Assembly: GCA_011109175.1 (NCBI GenBank)
Contig: RDEW01000003.1
Location: 620,001 to 684,000 of the forward strand
Direction of reading: 5' to 3'
Source of the DNA: Dicyema japonicum
Lineage: Eukaryota; Animalia; Dicyemida
Length of the DNA stretch: 64,000 nt
Positions 37,900-51,869 of the stretch are shown one piece after another (position 1 is the first letter of the stretch; each line of letters opens with the position of its first letter). Position numbers and translations under genes: made by a program. The notes under the pieces were generated by a model. It saw only the letters and a list, made by a program, of their open reading frames with translations, had not been told where the DNA came from and did not search any database.

Positions 37900-38330
37900 G
37901 AAATTACTGGTAAAGAAAGTATTAATTTGAAGCTTCTCACCACAAGTCCTGTCATAGCTTGGACTCTCCTTTGCACTCTCAGACCCCTCTTGTGGTTTAT
38001 TCTGTTTTGCGACATACGAGTCAATGATGGCATCTTTTTAGGAGGTTTGCCATCCTTTTCTCTGCCGCATCTCTGATAGACATTACTAAGAAATCTTCAT
38101 CTAACTTCTCTTCGAGCCTTTTCGTAGTGCAATCTTGATTCCTGCTCTCCTCGATTTTTCAGGAAGCAAGAAAAAGGGCTCTTTGTACGCATTGTAATAC
38201 CATACTTCTAGTCCATAGAAGAGCGACGGAAAAAAAACATATCGAGTCTTAATTTCTTCGTACACAGACGCCCACATTGTTACTACAAAGAATTTGGCAC
38301 AAAGGGAAATTTTAAAAGACAACAGACGGA
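37900..38330 (-). mobile_element. RTE-like 3' fragment; a separate LINE tail lies at ~37660-37800
   Basis: KTRYVFFPSLFYGLEVW resembles the RT C-terminus. The tail ccaggactccaaaactaac...ggacaccgagatcactta matches 54600-54660. Confidence 0.55.
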
Positions 38331-39835
38331 TCAGTACAGTCTTAACAAGCTCATGAAATATTCGCCAGTATAAGCCACAAACCTTTCAGGAAAATGGATG
38401 GGCCTTCTTTATCCTCAATAAGACCAAAGAGAACACAACCGATTAACTTTATCTCACATTCAGATGTCAGTGAGGGTTTGAAGAGGATGAATTCTTCCCT
38501 CTCATGTGGGCCTGATTCTATCCCTGGTATTTTACTAAAACACCTTGGACCTATTGCGATTGATGCAATCACAGTGATTTTTGAATATTCAATAAACATG
38601 AATACAATTCCAACTATCTGGAAACTGTCCTATATACGCCCAATCCTTATGCCTGGGAAGCCTAAGGACAATCCTGCATTATTTCGACCAATCTCTTTAC
38701 TATGCACTCAAAATTATTGGAAAAATTTATTCTTAATTTTACAACACCGTCCCTTCCTTTTTCGTCATCACAACATGGATTCAGAAGGGATCATTCAACT
38801 TCTACTCACCTAAGTTCCCTCAACCAATTTATCATTGAAGGCTTTAACACAAATCCTCGTCACCTCAAAACAGTCGTTTGATCGATCGATTTACAAAAGG
38901 CCTTTGACTCTCTCAAGGAAAATCCTAACCCGGAAATTGTTTGCTCCCCGTCAACCCCAATATAAAACTTTGGTTTGCTAACTTCATCAATGGAAGAAGG
39001 GCCTGGGTATACATGATGGGACCAAATCAGTTTCAAGATTTCTATCCAATTGTGTCCCACAAGGTTCCCCTTTATCACCCGCCTTATTTAACTTATACAT
39101 GTCCGATTTACCACAACACGATGATAAATACGATTTTTTCTTATCATATGCTGATGACCTATTAATTGGATCCCACGATCAAGATATCCCAAATAAATCA
39201 AAAAGACTACAAGAATACCTTCACAAGGTTCAAATTTGGCTAAATTATAACCGGTTTGATATATCTACTGAAAAATCTTCTTCGTCCTTAATTACTTCAG
39301 ACAAACGACTTAGACAAATGACAGTGGATATATTTATCAAATAGACAAAAATACCTTTTACGAAGAAACTGAAAATCTTTGGGATCACCTTCGACAGACA
39401 AATGTCCTTTTCATCTCACGTCGATGCTGTCTCAGGAAACTGCTCAAGAAAGCTAGGGATAATCAAAACTATTTTGGTGGCATTAAAACCTCTTTCCCAG
39501 CTTTGAAATTATTGTACAAACAATTCATTGAGCCATCTGTCAGCTATGCCTGTACGTCATGGGGAATCAATCTGTCTTGGACGAACAAACAAAGAATCCA
39601 GGACATTCAGACCTTAACAGCCACTGCTATTAGTAATCTCGGGGAACTAGAAAAACTAATACCTCATCACTTGAAGACCTTATCCGACAAAATGAAAAGG
39701 GATTTGCTACCCTGTGCAGGCAGTGAAACTTTCAACAACACACAGCCATGACGCGTCTTATGAGAAAGGTATACATCACCTCTATCCGTTGATCCCAGAA
39801 GGCGCACAAAAAGAAAATGAGAAATCTAATTGAGG
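38330..39835 (+). mobile_element. Ingi/Vingi-like LINE RT half (same family as 7398-9215); its 3' part is repeated at 24960-25450
   Basis: SCGPDSIPGILLKHLGP, IRPILMPGKPKDNPALFRPISLL, IDLQKAFDS, SYADDLLI, LYKQFIEPSVSYAC. Confidence 0.8.
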
Positions 39836-42800
39836 CCTTCAAAATCATTAAATAATTTAATAATTAAATTAACTATTGGTGTTCTTGGGTTAATAATAAT
39901 AATAATATCCGTAATGGCATTAGTTGTTATCATATTTCCATTCGTTTTCAGTCAATAGCATAGAATCAAATGGGTTGTCATATTTGTTGACATTTTAAGG
40001 ATTTTGATAGCGAGAAACATCGGGCTTTGCTCTTCCAGTTATCACGAACATTAATTTTGTTATATTTGGTGAAATTGACAAAATATCATGCACAGAAGGA
40101 ATCCCTATGCATGGACGATACGTGTTGAATGTGGTACAGCTGAAGAGAGGAGTCCCACAAGGCTATATCCCTAGACTCTACAATTAATATTAATATAGTT
40201 TTCACTTTTCTGTCGAAGTAATAATATTGGAAGAAAGTTAAGAATATGTTAGAAATTAGAAGATGGCACACCTAGAAGGACTGCTATGCAGTGCAGTGAA
40301 CTCAAGAGGTGTAGAAATAAAAGAAATTTGTTGATGAAGTAAATCGTCGACCTAAAATACTTACCAACCAAGCACTCCTCTGCAAGCGGAAACTAAGACT
40401 AGGTGCGGAAATGTTTTTGTTCATTCATGCACATACAGTGATCCCTTATATATGGACTTAAAATAATACTTTTCAATAAAAAAAAATAGTCGACTACTGG
40501 AAAATTAGATGCAATCAAGATAGCTCTCAGATAATGTCTAATGAAACCTTTGTTATTTATTATCCCCAGGCTTACATGCTTTAATACAGCTAACGAAAAC
40601 AGTCATAGCTAGGGAAATTTTTTATTGCAACTAAATTTATATAAATTGCATTTTATGGCATCTAAATTTAGAGAAATTGCATTTATTATTATAATTAACT
40701 ACAGGTTTACAATCTTTGGTAAGCCCAGCACAAACAGTCATAACTAATTAATCCCAGGAAAGAACCTAAGGGAAAATATATGGTTATTCCGACCAAGTCC
40801 ATCTTCCAAAACTCCATTACAGACTTCCGCTTCAGAAGAAAGGTGGAGATGTAGGAACGCCTTCTTCCATTTCCAACTGTCGCGGACATCACTTCATTCT
40901 TCGGCAAAATAGTTTTCATAGTGTAATCTTCAAAAAATTATGTTCAAGGAGAAGGTACGAAGATCACTTTTAACTACTGTGCTGTACCAGAAAGAGTCGA
41001 ATACTCCATTCTTCGGATTTTGGCCCACTAGAAGATCGACTAGTAATTCTGGTCGGACAACTCGTGGCGAAGATGTCAAATTTTATGAAAATAATATAAC
41101 CATCATTCTTGGATTTCAAAAGTATTAGGGACAATTGCGGAGGACACTGGAGAAGACTCTAATCTACGAAGGATCTTGTGATGATTAAAATATTTACGAA
41201 AAATCCTTTTTTCCGTTAGTACTAAACGTTTTTATAAATCACATTTTCATTTCTTTTACTCAGAAAACTCTCAAATCATGATATGCTTTATTTTTGTGAG
41301 TTTTGATGTTATGTCACTTACAATATGGAATCTATTTCCCCGGTGGCCTTTAGTTCTAAGATTTCTCTTTCTTTCCTCTGTTCTTTATCTCTTTATTACG
41401 TTAGCGTCAAGTGATCAAACTGTCTCAAATGAAACCCAATGTTTCCACGTAACTAAACCGGTTGAGTTAGCAAGTGTGAAATCAAGAAATTGAGGTGGTT
41501 GAATTATGTAACTAAAAATTAATTTTTTATTGAAAAGGTAACAAGTTTGTTAGTGCTGTCACTAAATCCGAGATTGGGTTTGATTTCCTCACTCCTATCT
41601 GCCAGGTCGATGGATTCTGTTCAGCTAAGTATCTCATCAAATTCTAAGAAAAACCAGTTGAGATATTTTTATTAAAAGGCGCCCACTGCATCAAAAAAAG
41701 TATACCTCTTTCCTACTCCACTTAAGGGTTTCCCATAATGAGAGTGCAACGTATTTCACCATACATTTGCCACCTTAATATCCCCACACTCATCAGTTGA
41801 TCTGTCTTTACGATTTCAGTGGCGACTTTAATTATATTCTCATCTTGATAAAGGGAAAACTCCTCACGGAGAGGAAACTGATGTTAATCTAAAACTAACT
41901 TCAACTGGAAGAAATAGGGAATTGGAATTGTAAATCAGAAGAAAGACATATAATAAATAAATGAAAGAACTTATAGTAGATTCCAAGAAAGATTTATAGT
42001 ATATTTCAAAAAAGGACTTGTTCAATACTTAAGAGGGTTCTATACTTGTATGTAAGCGTAGAAATTTCTACCCTTCCAACAAGATACATCCATGGAACTT
42101 AGTAACAATGCCATGCCAATTGCATAAATTAAACAGTGACTTTTATTATCAATTGTTCGAAAAAAATTCCGGTTTTGTCTGCAAATGTCTTGGTGATATA
42201 TTCTCATCTCAACAACTCCCACAATATCTTAGTATAAATTCTAGTATCAGACTCAATGTTCCGAAAAAATAATTTTAACATAAGATTCAAAAATTTCTAC
42301 AGAGCGATGTGCACGTGGATCATCAATGTTTTATATAAATGAAAAAAAAATTTCTTTTTCTCAGTAAGTTCTGGAATGTGATTCTTTTGACCGTAGTTAT
42401 ATAACATGGTTTTCAATTCCGAGACTTCCCCTCTTATCCACCTCCACTATCTTTAAATATAGAAATTCGGTTCTAAGACAGTCAAACTCCGAGGTCATCC
42501 ATGCGTGAATGAAGTTCTGATTTTGACATATCCACGTATCTGTTTCTGCTTGCAATAATTAAATCGTCAGCATATGTTAGAAGAATTGAATCAGACCCCC
42601 CAGGGCAGGGTAAGTCGGTTAAGAATCCCCGGCCAGTAAGAAAATTGGCTTTAAAGTCATATGGATGGAGACGTTGAAGACCATTTTTTCTTTTTTAGCA
42701 GGATTCTCGGGACTGAATCAAACGCCATAGATGCCGCTTGGGTTCTTTGAAGCCTTCAAGATGAATTGTGCCATTGAAATTAAGTCCGTTGCATGGAGAT

Positions 42801-44329
42801 TCGCGCTATCTGAATCTATGGTCCACAGAGTCAATTCAATACACCAGCTTTCCTCACGTAATGGATCAACAGTTGACCCACTACTCATGTAAGCTAAGAT
42901 CCGTAGTTGTGGCTCCGGATTTCTTCGCGTCTGTGAGGATGATGGAAACCCGCTTCGCCTGATCCTTTCCATGGCAAGAGAAAACCGATTGGATAAGAAA
43001 TTCCCCTCCCCGATCGGATTCCTCTGCAAGACAGAGAGAAGGCTCTTCCGGAAAGTAGTGGGGACGATGGAAGATCACAGACGTCGAATGGCACAATTGA
43101 TTGCAAGGACTGGGATCACCTAACTGTTTGACTCTTTTGTCTTTCTTTCTCGGTGTTTCCGGGGTTATAAAAAATTAAGTGTTTTTTTAGAACGCTTCGA
43201 TGTGAATACGTGTTGGTAGTGACATAATGGAAAATGAGGCTTAATTTTCCAAAACACAAGTTTTTCCACGAGGCGCGATAACGCACACGTCAGGGATATC
43301 GGGCGGAAAGATGAAGGTGAGACTTTCGGTTTCCCTGATTTTACGACGGATATGATATGTGGGTTCTATTTAGGACAAAGTAAAAATTCAAGTAATTGAT
43401 CTGATTGCATTATCTCCAAGAAGCTTTAGCAGAATTCTAGGAATACCATCTGGAACACACGTATATGACTTCTTCGTGGATTAGCTTCCTTAATATTTGG
43501 AGGTGTAATACTTCATCAGGGATTCCTGGATTTAATGAAGTTGAAAAAAATTAAATAGAATAAATAAAATATTTGTAATTAAATTATTTTTATTGGCCTC
43601 GAGTTGATGGGTCATAGTTCTATTTGAATGTCTTTTTTGATGTTCGTGTCTAAAATTTTTTTGAAAGTAATTAGTACAAAGTTGAAATAGTGGTTGGTAA
43701 TAAAACAACGTTGAAATTTTGATGGTGGAATAAGCTGTAGTGAGGATGATTCCAAAACCAGGGAAGCCAAAGAGAGATTCGGCGAGATACAGGCCACTTA
43801 GCTTAATATGTTCTTTCGCGAAAGTGAATGAACGTATCAATTTCAAAAGGCTAAGCAGAAATATAGAGGAGAATGACTTTCTGATTCCGGAGCAGTGGGA
43901 TTTTCGTATCGGAAGAGGCTGTGCAGACTGTTTCTACTAAATTCTGAAATCATCAAAGCAAGGGATTTCAAAAAATCATGCGAACTCTGAATAAGCCGTG
44001 GGAAAAGTACTTGAAACAGGAATACACAGAAAATGAACAATGCACACAATCTGCACTATTTGGGACTGGACTATGGACAGGTGGGACATAACATTGACGA
44101 CATAAGGAAAGGAGGAAGAGAGCCTTTTAGTCAATCCTATGTAAACGAAAGTTACATGTTAGCCGTGACATTTACCTGTTCATTTTCAAGTGAGTTGTTT
44201 TGCCTTGTCTACTTTATGGGTCCGTAACCATGCAAGGGATTTCATTAATGGCTCCGTAACCATTTGATTTGGAGTGATAAGTTGACTTATCAGTCCGGAC
44301 ACAAAGATTGCCCCGGGTTCTCATGCTAT

Positions 44330-44656
44330 ACAACAATAACTAACAGTGCAGTTAGGGTACTCAAACGGGTAGAGACTGACATTTCGCTAGAGGGAAGAAT
44401 CGTAAAACACAGATTGGCGTTCTTTGGGCATGTTGTCCGCTCTGATTCACTGGAAAGAACCATTACGCTGAGCAATATTACTGGTAAGAGAAGACTTGGC
44501 CAACCAAGGACTCGTTGACTATCGATGGTGGAAGACGTCACGGGAATGCCTATATCAAGGCTACTCCAAATTGCAAAGGATCGGGGAGAGTGGAGGAAAC
44601 TCGTTCATGAGATCTCCAAGGGTCGGACACGACATAATTGGACAACATAACATAGA
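44330..44656 (+). mobile_element. RTE-BovB-like 3' end
   Basis: TITNSAVRVLKRV...LEGRIVKHRLAFFGHVVRSDSLERTITL..ITGKRRLGQPRTR...KDRGEWRKLVHEISKGRTR, ending gtcggacacgac. Confidence 0.65.
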
Positions 44657-44699
44657 GGGTAGGGAGTCTCCTTGAGGATACTCGGGTTTGTTTTAAATT

Positions 44700-45830
44700 T
44701 TCTTGAGTAGGTATTTTTGACTCTCAAAAAGAGTTATTTAATTGAGAGTAAAATTCAGATCATTTTAGGCTTGAATCACCAGAAATTGTTCAAGTACCCC
44801 CATTAGTGTATGCCTGTTAACCGTTAAAGTTCTATCCCCAGAATATTGATGGTTATTGTATCTTTGATGCTTTGCACACCTCCATATGTGACTTCAGACA
44901 GCATCGGCTGTTGACTCCCTTTCACGAAATCCACTTCAGCTTTTTGGTAAGTGTCTGTAAGACGGTCCTTTTATTAGTTCCAGCACAATATGTGCCAGAA
45001 CTTTTTCAGAGTTAATAATCTTGTCTCAAAGGTAAAGTGCAGTTGCCGGAGAACATTCAATTTAGTAGCACTGCTGTGATGACGTACAGGCAGACCTTTA
45101 CGTGAATTTACGACAAGTCATTTTGACCTCTTTGCGAATAATTAACCTTTCTAAAGGTCTCAGCATTCCATCAAATGCAGGTATTACCACGGTATTAACG
45201 TATAAAGCTCTTCAAAATAAGTCGCGATAAGATCAACTTGTCCTGATGTAATCATGCATATACTACTCTTGTGCTAAGTTATCTCCCAACTGCTTCATTT
45301 ATAGTGTTCTTTGTCTCAGGAATCATTTAGTGAGACATCCGATGATACTTCCGGTAGATGAGTCTCAATGTACTCCTGGTACCTTTCTGCTGTCTCTGTT
45401 CGGTAAGCAGCTTTGTTTCCTTAGGTAAAATGTCTCAATTACCTTCCTGTGACAGTTGTCGGCCCTCATACGAACGTGCATTTAAGAGAGAGCGCTTGTC
45501 TTTAACCCGACACATGTAGTCAATCTGGTTATACATGGGAACCAACCTCCATCTTTCTACCCACTCTCCCAATATGGCGCATACTCATTCATATTTGTCA
45601 TGAGACTTGAGGAATGGCAGTGGCAGTTAAGAAGCATTTGAAGTACACCAATCCAGTCTTTCAGACGCCACATATGGTGGATGTCAGATTTCAGAACTGA
45701 ATGAATAAGGTCTCCGAGTCTATAATGCTTTGATTCATTTGGTAGACATATCAATCGATATTTTCCATAATTCCCGCTAAGATTGCAGGCAATCTTCATC
45801 TCCTGCAGAGACCCAATGAAAATGTTTTAT
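44700..45830 (-). mobile_element. Degenerate RTE LINE fragment
   Basis: YNQIDYMCRVKDKRSLLNARSYEG resembles YNQIDYIICKQHQKALLQDSRSYGG. Confidence 0.6.
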
Positions 45831-46438
45831 CTCTCGAGTTCATCATAGAGCATCTTCCTCGACCAGACATTAGATAAGTTTTCTGTTTGTTTTGTATGTT
45901 TCTCCTCTTTCTTGTCTTACTAGAATGGCGTCATGCGATCCATCTGTGTCAGGTGGCGCCCAGTATCAGAGAGATTAAATCAAAGATGGAAGACATGGGC
46001 AGATATCCAGGTTACAAGTACAGAGATAAAGTGGACCTTACATGTGGTTACAATGACTTACTGTCAGTTCAATAAGAATAATTTATTTTTTAATGACGCC
46101 GACAAATCTTAAATATCATATCTCAAAAAGGCAGACGAATTTGTTTCTGGCCAGAAGTCAAACTATTTCTGAGATCTGCTTTGTGGAGATTAATTAAGAA
46201 ACCTTCACCTTTTTGGAGATTTATCCAGGATTCCAAAACTAACCTCTGGAGATTGGAATGGACAAAAGGATCACTTAATTTAACGGCATCTTGAAAGGGA
46301 CACTGGTTAATAAATTAAATTAATATATAAAGAATTTAAATTCGAAAAATAAGATCATTTTAAAGGTAAAATGTGTTAGATAAGTTATCTGAGGTTAGTA
46401 ATTCAAAAATTAGGCAACAGATCCCCGTCTACAAAAAA

Positions 46439-48741
46439 TTAAAAAATAAACCTTTGCCTGAAACTTCCAAATGATGAAGAAATGTTAAATGAAGAGGATT
46501 TTTTCTGAGGATTATTTAATCAAATATACTTTTTATATATAAAGACGCCAACTACAACCGCGATAACTGCGAGAATGCCGAAAAAGATGCCGACCCCAAG
46601 ACCAACACTTTTTTTGGAAGGACCTATATGCTAGAGAACAAAATTCTACCAGATGTTGATGCTGAATAGGTTGCAGAATCTAAGAAAATAAAAATTCATC
46701 ATACGGTATCCAACACAGACAGCTATGTGTTTTTCTTTGCATCTTGTGGCAATCCATGATCCATTTTGTGCAACAGTAATGCAAACTATTCCATCGTCAT
46801 TATAAAATGGTTCGTTAGGAGCCCATGGAGTATGGTCCTAATAATGAGACTGTTAATAGAAACAGGTTTATCCCCAATCCACGTAAGAGTGGTGTCATTC
46901 CATAAAACTCTGTAGTCCATAAAAAATCTCTGATTTTTGATTTCTAAAATCAGGTTTGCTATTACCTTTATTCAATTCCTTAATTACGTAGGTAGAAGTT
47001 GTCTTGACCAGGGAAAGACCAAACTGAGAACAGAGTCTTGCAGAATCGTGATAAGATAATATTCTCCCAAACATTGTGTAAGTTTTTGAATTTAATTTAA
47101 CTGAGTATGTCTCATTTTCTAAATCTAAAAATATTTATTAATTTATACGCCAGAAATTATTTGTGCAGTTTATGTTGGAGTAATTGTCTAAATAAATAAC
47201 AAATAAAACAATTATTGTCATTTTTATAACAAACGAATCGAGTGTTGTAGCATTTATCGTTAATCCATTTCCCCGAAGCATATTGAGCATAGACGCACCC
47301 ATATTTTTTGGAATCCTTAGGATAACCTGTATCCCAGTTAGTAAAATTCTTAAATAAAATAAGAAAAGTACTGATTTGAGTTGGTCTCCTCTCATGAGCA
47401 CGTGATTAAGGTAGACAGAACCATAGTTTAATCCAATATCGAATTCGACATTTTCTATAATTCAGTTTTAAATAAAAACCAAAAACAGCACAATTTTCGA
47501 CAGAATTAAATGGAGCATAGAGAACCGCATTTCTCATAGCACAAACATTAAGTGCCTGATCTCTTGTAGCCAAAAAGTCAAACACATAGAAAGAATTGTT
47601 CTGAAAATAAAATATCTGTGAAAAATAGTCTAAAGTAAATATTAGAATTCTACGGAATTTGTTTGCCTCACTGCAGTCTTTTGGAGTGGCACCACTAATT
47701 ACGGAATCTTTTTTTATTAGATTACAAAAACACCTGATTCACAGATAATATATGCAGGTTCTTGACAATCCATGGTTGCAAATTCCAGTCATATAATCAC
47801 GTACCACACATTCTTTGTATATCATATCCAGTGACCCCCATGGAAGATATGACTAAATTATTTAAAATCTAAAAACCGCTAAATAGTTTTTTTCTGTCAT
47901 ATAAGTATTGTTCCCATAATTTAGAATTCCAACGAAAGATGGAGCAACAACTAACTCTATAATTGTATTGATAATTTATAAATACCATGAACAGCACAGT
48001 TTTCAGTTCCATCATTTGGAATGAAGAGATAACCATTGTGGTCGTACTTGCAAATTTGTCTTGCGGTTGCATAGTCCCTGGCTGCCTTATAGATGTAATA
48101 TGTGTGTCCTCTGAATGTAGTCATACTGTCGTAGGGTACTAAAGTTATAATTTGCTTTCAACTATTAATCTTTTTTCCAGAAGTTATATTTAGTCCATTT
48201 GATGCGATTTTATCTATTTTTATTATTGCTACCACCTGCTTCACAAATCCAGAATGCTTTACCATATTGGTTGGCAACTCTCCATTTGCCTGACCGTGCC
48301 ATCATTTTGACTGCTTTCGAATAGTAAGGTTTTGAAGACGCAGAATCCCTATTGGAGTATGTCTGCTTTATTAAATGAATAGTACAATAGCTTAATATGT
48401 GTGATCAGCGTAAAATATTTCTGTTCCATAACCCAATCTCCATACCCATCTCTATAGATAACGCCTAAAATTGCAAGACAGTTCAAACTATGCAAAGCAT
48501 CATTCTCTTTTTGATTTTCAATATGCACAGGATAATATTTATAAGCGTGCCAATAATAACTGTGGTACACATAGTACCAGTCTAATGCTGAAAGGTAATA
48601 CGCATGTCCATTGTAAATGTATGGAATTTCATAAAACTTCACTAAAAATAATAGAATTAGTGAATACATCCGAAGCAGTCACTGGTCAATACTAAAATTG
48701 TTAAAGATATACTTACGAGTCACAGCTAATAGTAGAATCAT
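46439..48741 (-). CDS. Type I membrane protein with four tandem C-type lectin domains (domains 1-2 disrupted as assembled)
   Basis: Signal peptide MILLLAVTLLTSDCFG. CTLD motifs include NFTNWDTGYP..GCVY..SGKWINDKCYNTRFVC and TPWAPNEP..CITVAQNGSWIATRCKEKHIAVC. TM segment VGLGVGIFFGILAVIAVVVGVFIY then KK. About 17 introns of 22-29 nt. The stop is at 46485 or 46439 depending on an A-run length. Confidence 0.8.
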
Positions 48742-49699
48742 TTAACATTATTCTGATTCGTCGCCTTATATTTACTTTTTAATGTTCAGAACATTTAAAT
48801 ATCTTAATTATTCCTTTGTTTGAAAATATCATTAAAAATAATCATTTTTAGATTATTTTCTGTAAATATTGCTTATTAATATATTGGATTCCACAATCGA
48901 CTGCTTCTGTCGTCCGATTATTTCGACAAATTCCATAATGCAGGGCTAAACAGTCACGTATCTGAGATTGGAGGAAAAACCCCATCAATGTTGGTATTTT
49001 TTATTATCTGCCCATTTCTATTGTTGAATTAATTACATCCAATTATGTCAACTGTTTGGATATTTGAGTTATATATTTATCCTTGAATATTTTTAAATTA
49101 GGATTTTTAGAAGTGAATTCTATGTCCAACAAGTCTTCATTGGATGCCGTGGAAACTTGAATTCTGTTAATCGTCTGAAGAACCACGTCCATCATCCAAC
49201 CAATGTACCATGACTACTTCCTAGAATTTGGAGGCTAATTTATTTGGCTAGTAGAGGGATTTTTGATTTGTCATCATTTCACTGAGGTCAGCATCCAACA
49301 GTCAATAGATTAAAGTCCCTCTTGGATCTCTTAAATGATGTTTAACGCTTATTAAAGAAATATCTTTTTTTCTTGGTCTCTCTATGTTGGCAGAATCAGT
49401 ATAGAACAGACGCATTTATAAAAGTTTCGAATTCGCATCTCAGATGAGTTCCTATTCTCGAGGAAGAACGCAAACAATGGAAGAAGGAGGATATACCATG
49501 AGGTAACATGCATAGGGTTAGTATTTTTGCCAATGCACGTGCATAGTTATGCCATGACTCAGAGGCGATAAATTGTTTAGAATGGCAATTTATCTGACTT
49601 TAAGCTGGTATATTGTTAGAACGAATTGTTACAAAATAAACCAGTTTGCTGTTAAGAAAGTTCTTTGTATGAGAAATGTTGCAGCTTCTGATAATTTAC

Positions 49700-50965
49700 A
49701 GATTAACCCATTAAACTGCGGTAAAATAATTAAATGCAAACCTCACGTTGTCCAGGTATCTCTGATGAGCCTCACACGATACCAAAAGGAACATTACACT
49801 GGATCATTCTTTGGGGGGACCAACTCACTGCGCAAAATTCTATTGCTAATTGCTCTGGACAGAATAAAAGCCCCACTACGTGGATGTATCGAACCTAGCC
49901 AAAGTGGGTTTGTCTCTGGAAGATCAACTTCCGATGCCGTTTGGAGCCACAAATGGATGTATGCTTCATGCCAAAAATATAAAAAGGAGTACCACATAAT
50001 CAACCTATCTAAGGTATTTGACTCAATCAGCAGAGTCAATATGATACAAATATTAACACCACTACTCGAGGAAGATTGCATCAGAATAATTCGTTGTCTA
50101 CTATCTTTCACTCAACTATTTATCCAGCTTGAAAATCAGAAATCCAGAGTTTTCGGAATAAACAAGGGCACCCCAAGGAGACGCCCTATCCCCGGTCTTA
50201 TTCATCGCATATCTGGAGGCGACCCTACGAGATGCCAGGAATAATATCCCAGACATATAATAGAAGTCATCTTAGCAGATGACATAGATCTCACGGCAAC
50301 AGACCACCAGTTAAAAGGTATTATTGACAAATTGACCAAAACATTTGAAAATCATTCCTAAAAATTAACAGAGAAAACAGAATATACTATAGTAAGGCAT
50401 ACTACGAAAAAAATCACTAGCAACTTTCGCACTTAAAAGACTAAACAATGTATGGTTACGAAGTAAACAAATTGCTGCCTCGTTAAAAATCAAATTTTAC
50501 AACATGTTCGTTAAACCGGTTTTTACTGTATAACTCCTCTACTTGGGCACTTACAATGCATGAAATGGTTAGTCTGAACTCCTTTCATAGAATGCATCTC
50601 AGATACATCCTAAGAATTTCCTAACCAAAGCACATCTCAAACAAACACCTCTATTCCATTACAATATCCACCTATTGGACGGAGAAATAAGAAGTAACAG
50701 ATGGGGCTTATTTGGTCACATTTTAAGAATGGACAGCAATACTCCCGGTAATCTTGCGATGGAACACCACTATGCTCCTCATCCGGGATCGACTTTTCGG
50801 AGAAGACCACAAATTACTCTACCAACCCTTCTACATCAAGACCTAACTTCGATTGAGGAAAGGGTTGACGTCGGCAGATGGTCTTGAGCACCTGAGAAGC
50901 CTATCGAGGAACAGAGGGAACTGGAAGCGATTAACAAAGCGCATCCAGGAGAGGGTGACATAAGC
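49700..50965 (+). mobile_element. Degenerate RTE LINE (RT to 3' end)
   Basis: SLRKILLLIALDRIK..QSGFVSGRSTSDAVWSHKW, LADDID, RWGLFGHILRMD...RRRPQITLP. Confidence 0.8.
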
Positions 50966-51752
50966 GAGATAACTTCACTAACGTTGTTTTGCAATGTGTT
51001 TATCAATAATAATTCTTTGTGGGGACATATTCAATATTTCTTTATCTCACTTTGTTCTAGGTGGACCTCTGTGGGATTATTGGAAGTACTTGCAACTATC
51101 GGATAGTCCACCATCTATTAACATTATCCACCATGGATGTTGTTAATCTCTGATTCCGTGTTATATCACAACTATGTTTGACATTGAATTCATGAAAAGT
51201 TTACAACTACTGAGTTATTATCTATTATTTAAGTTATATATACCAAAACTTTTTTAAACATTTTTATTTCCCCCACCCCTCCATCCACTTGTAACACGAG
51301 GTTGGTTGACAGTTTCAGAGCAGAGAATTTTATTTCGCATCAAACTCAAAACACTAAAGTTGTGAGAAAACTAATGCCATGAAACCAAATTTGAGTTTGA
51401 AGACTTTGATAATCGTTTTTCAATACATCCTGTTACTGGGGGTGCGAATTTTTTTAATATTCGACAAAGAAACAGTCAGCCGATGGTTATACAGCAGCCG
51501 CCCTAACTGAGTGACTATTCCTTCTCAGGATGGCCAGCGAGATTCTCTCAAATAGCTAGAAGGGTTCACGGAGATCTCCTATTCGTGTAGAAATCCGATT
51601 CCCTAGACGTCGCAGGAGCAAGGGTCTCAACCATTGGTGGAATAAATCAGCGGTTTTTTCAAATTTATGATAAAAATAGTTAACATTAAATCTTTTACTT
51701 CTAAATCATTCAATAATTACATAACTACGTAATTCTTTTGGTTTAAATAGAT

Positions 51753-51810
51753 CAGAGGTGTCAAACATGTGGCCCTCGAAAAGCATAGGTGCGGCTCGAT
51801 TTAATCGCCA
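51753..51810 (+). mobile_element. Solo hAT (Charlie/Buster-type) terminus
   Basis: CAGAGGTGTCAAACATGTGGCCC resembles the CAGGGGTGTCAAAC..CGGCCC termini of this hAT group. Confidence 0.45.
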
Positions 51811-51869
51811 TAAACCACAAAAAATCATTTTTTTTATTTTTTTACATATAATTAAATTTTTTCTCAATA

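Larger units (their letters stand above)
34823..46446 (+). repeat. Segmental duplication, copy B (matches 20513-30422)
   Basis: Collinear with copy A but lacks ~20770-22335 and ~24420-24880. Carries extra segments at ~37150-39315, ~44360-45970 and 34965-35044. Confidence 0.9.
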
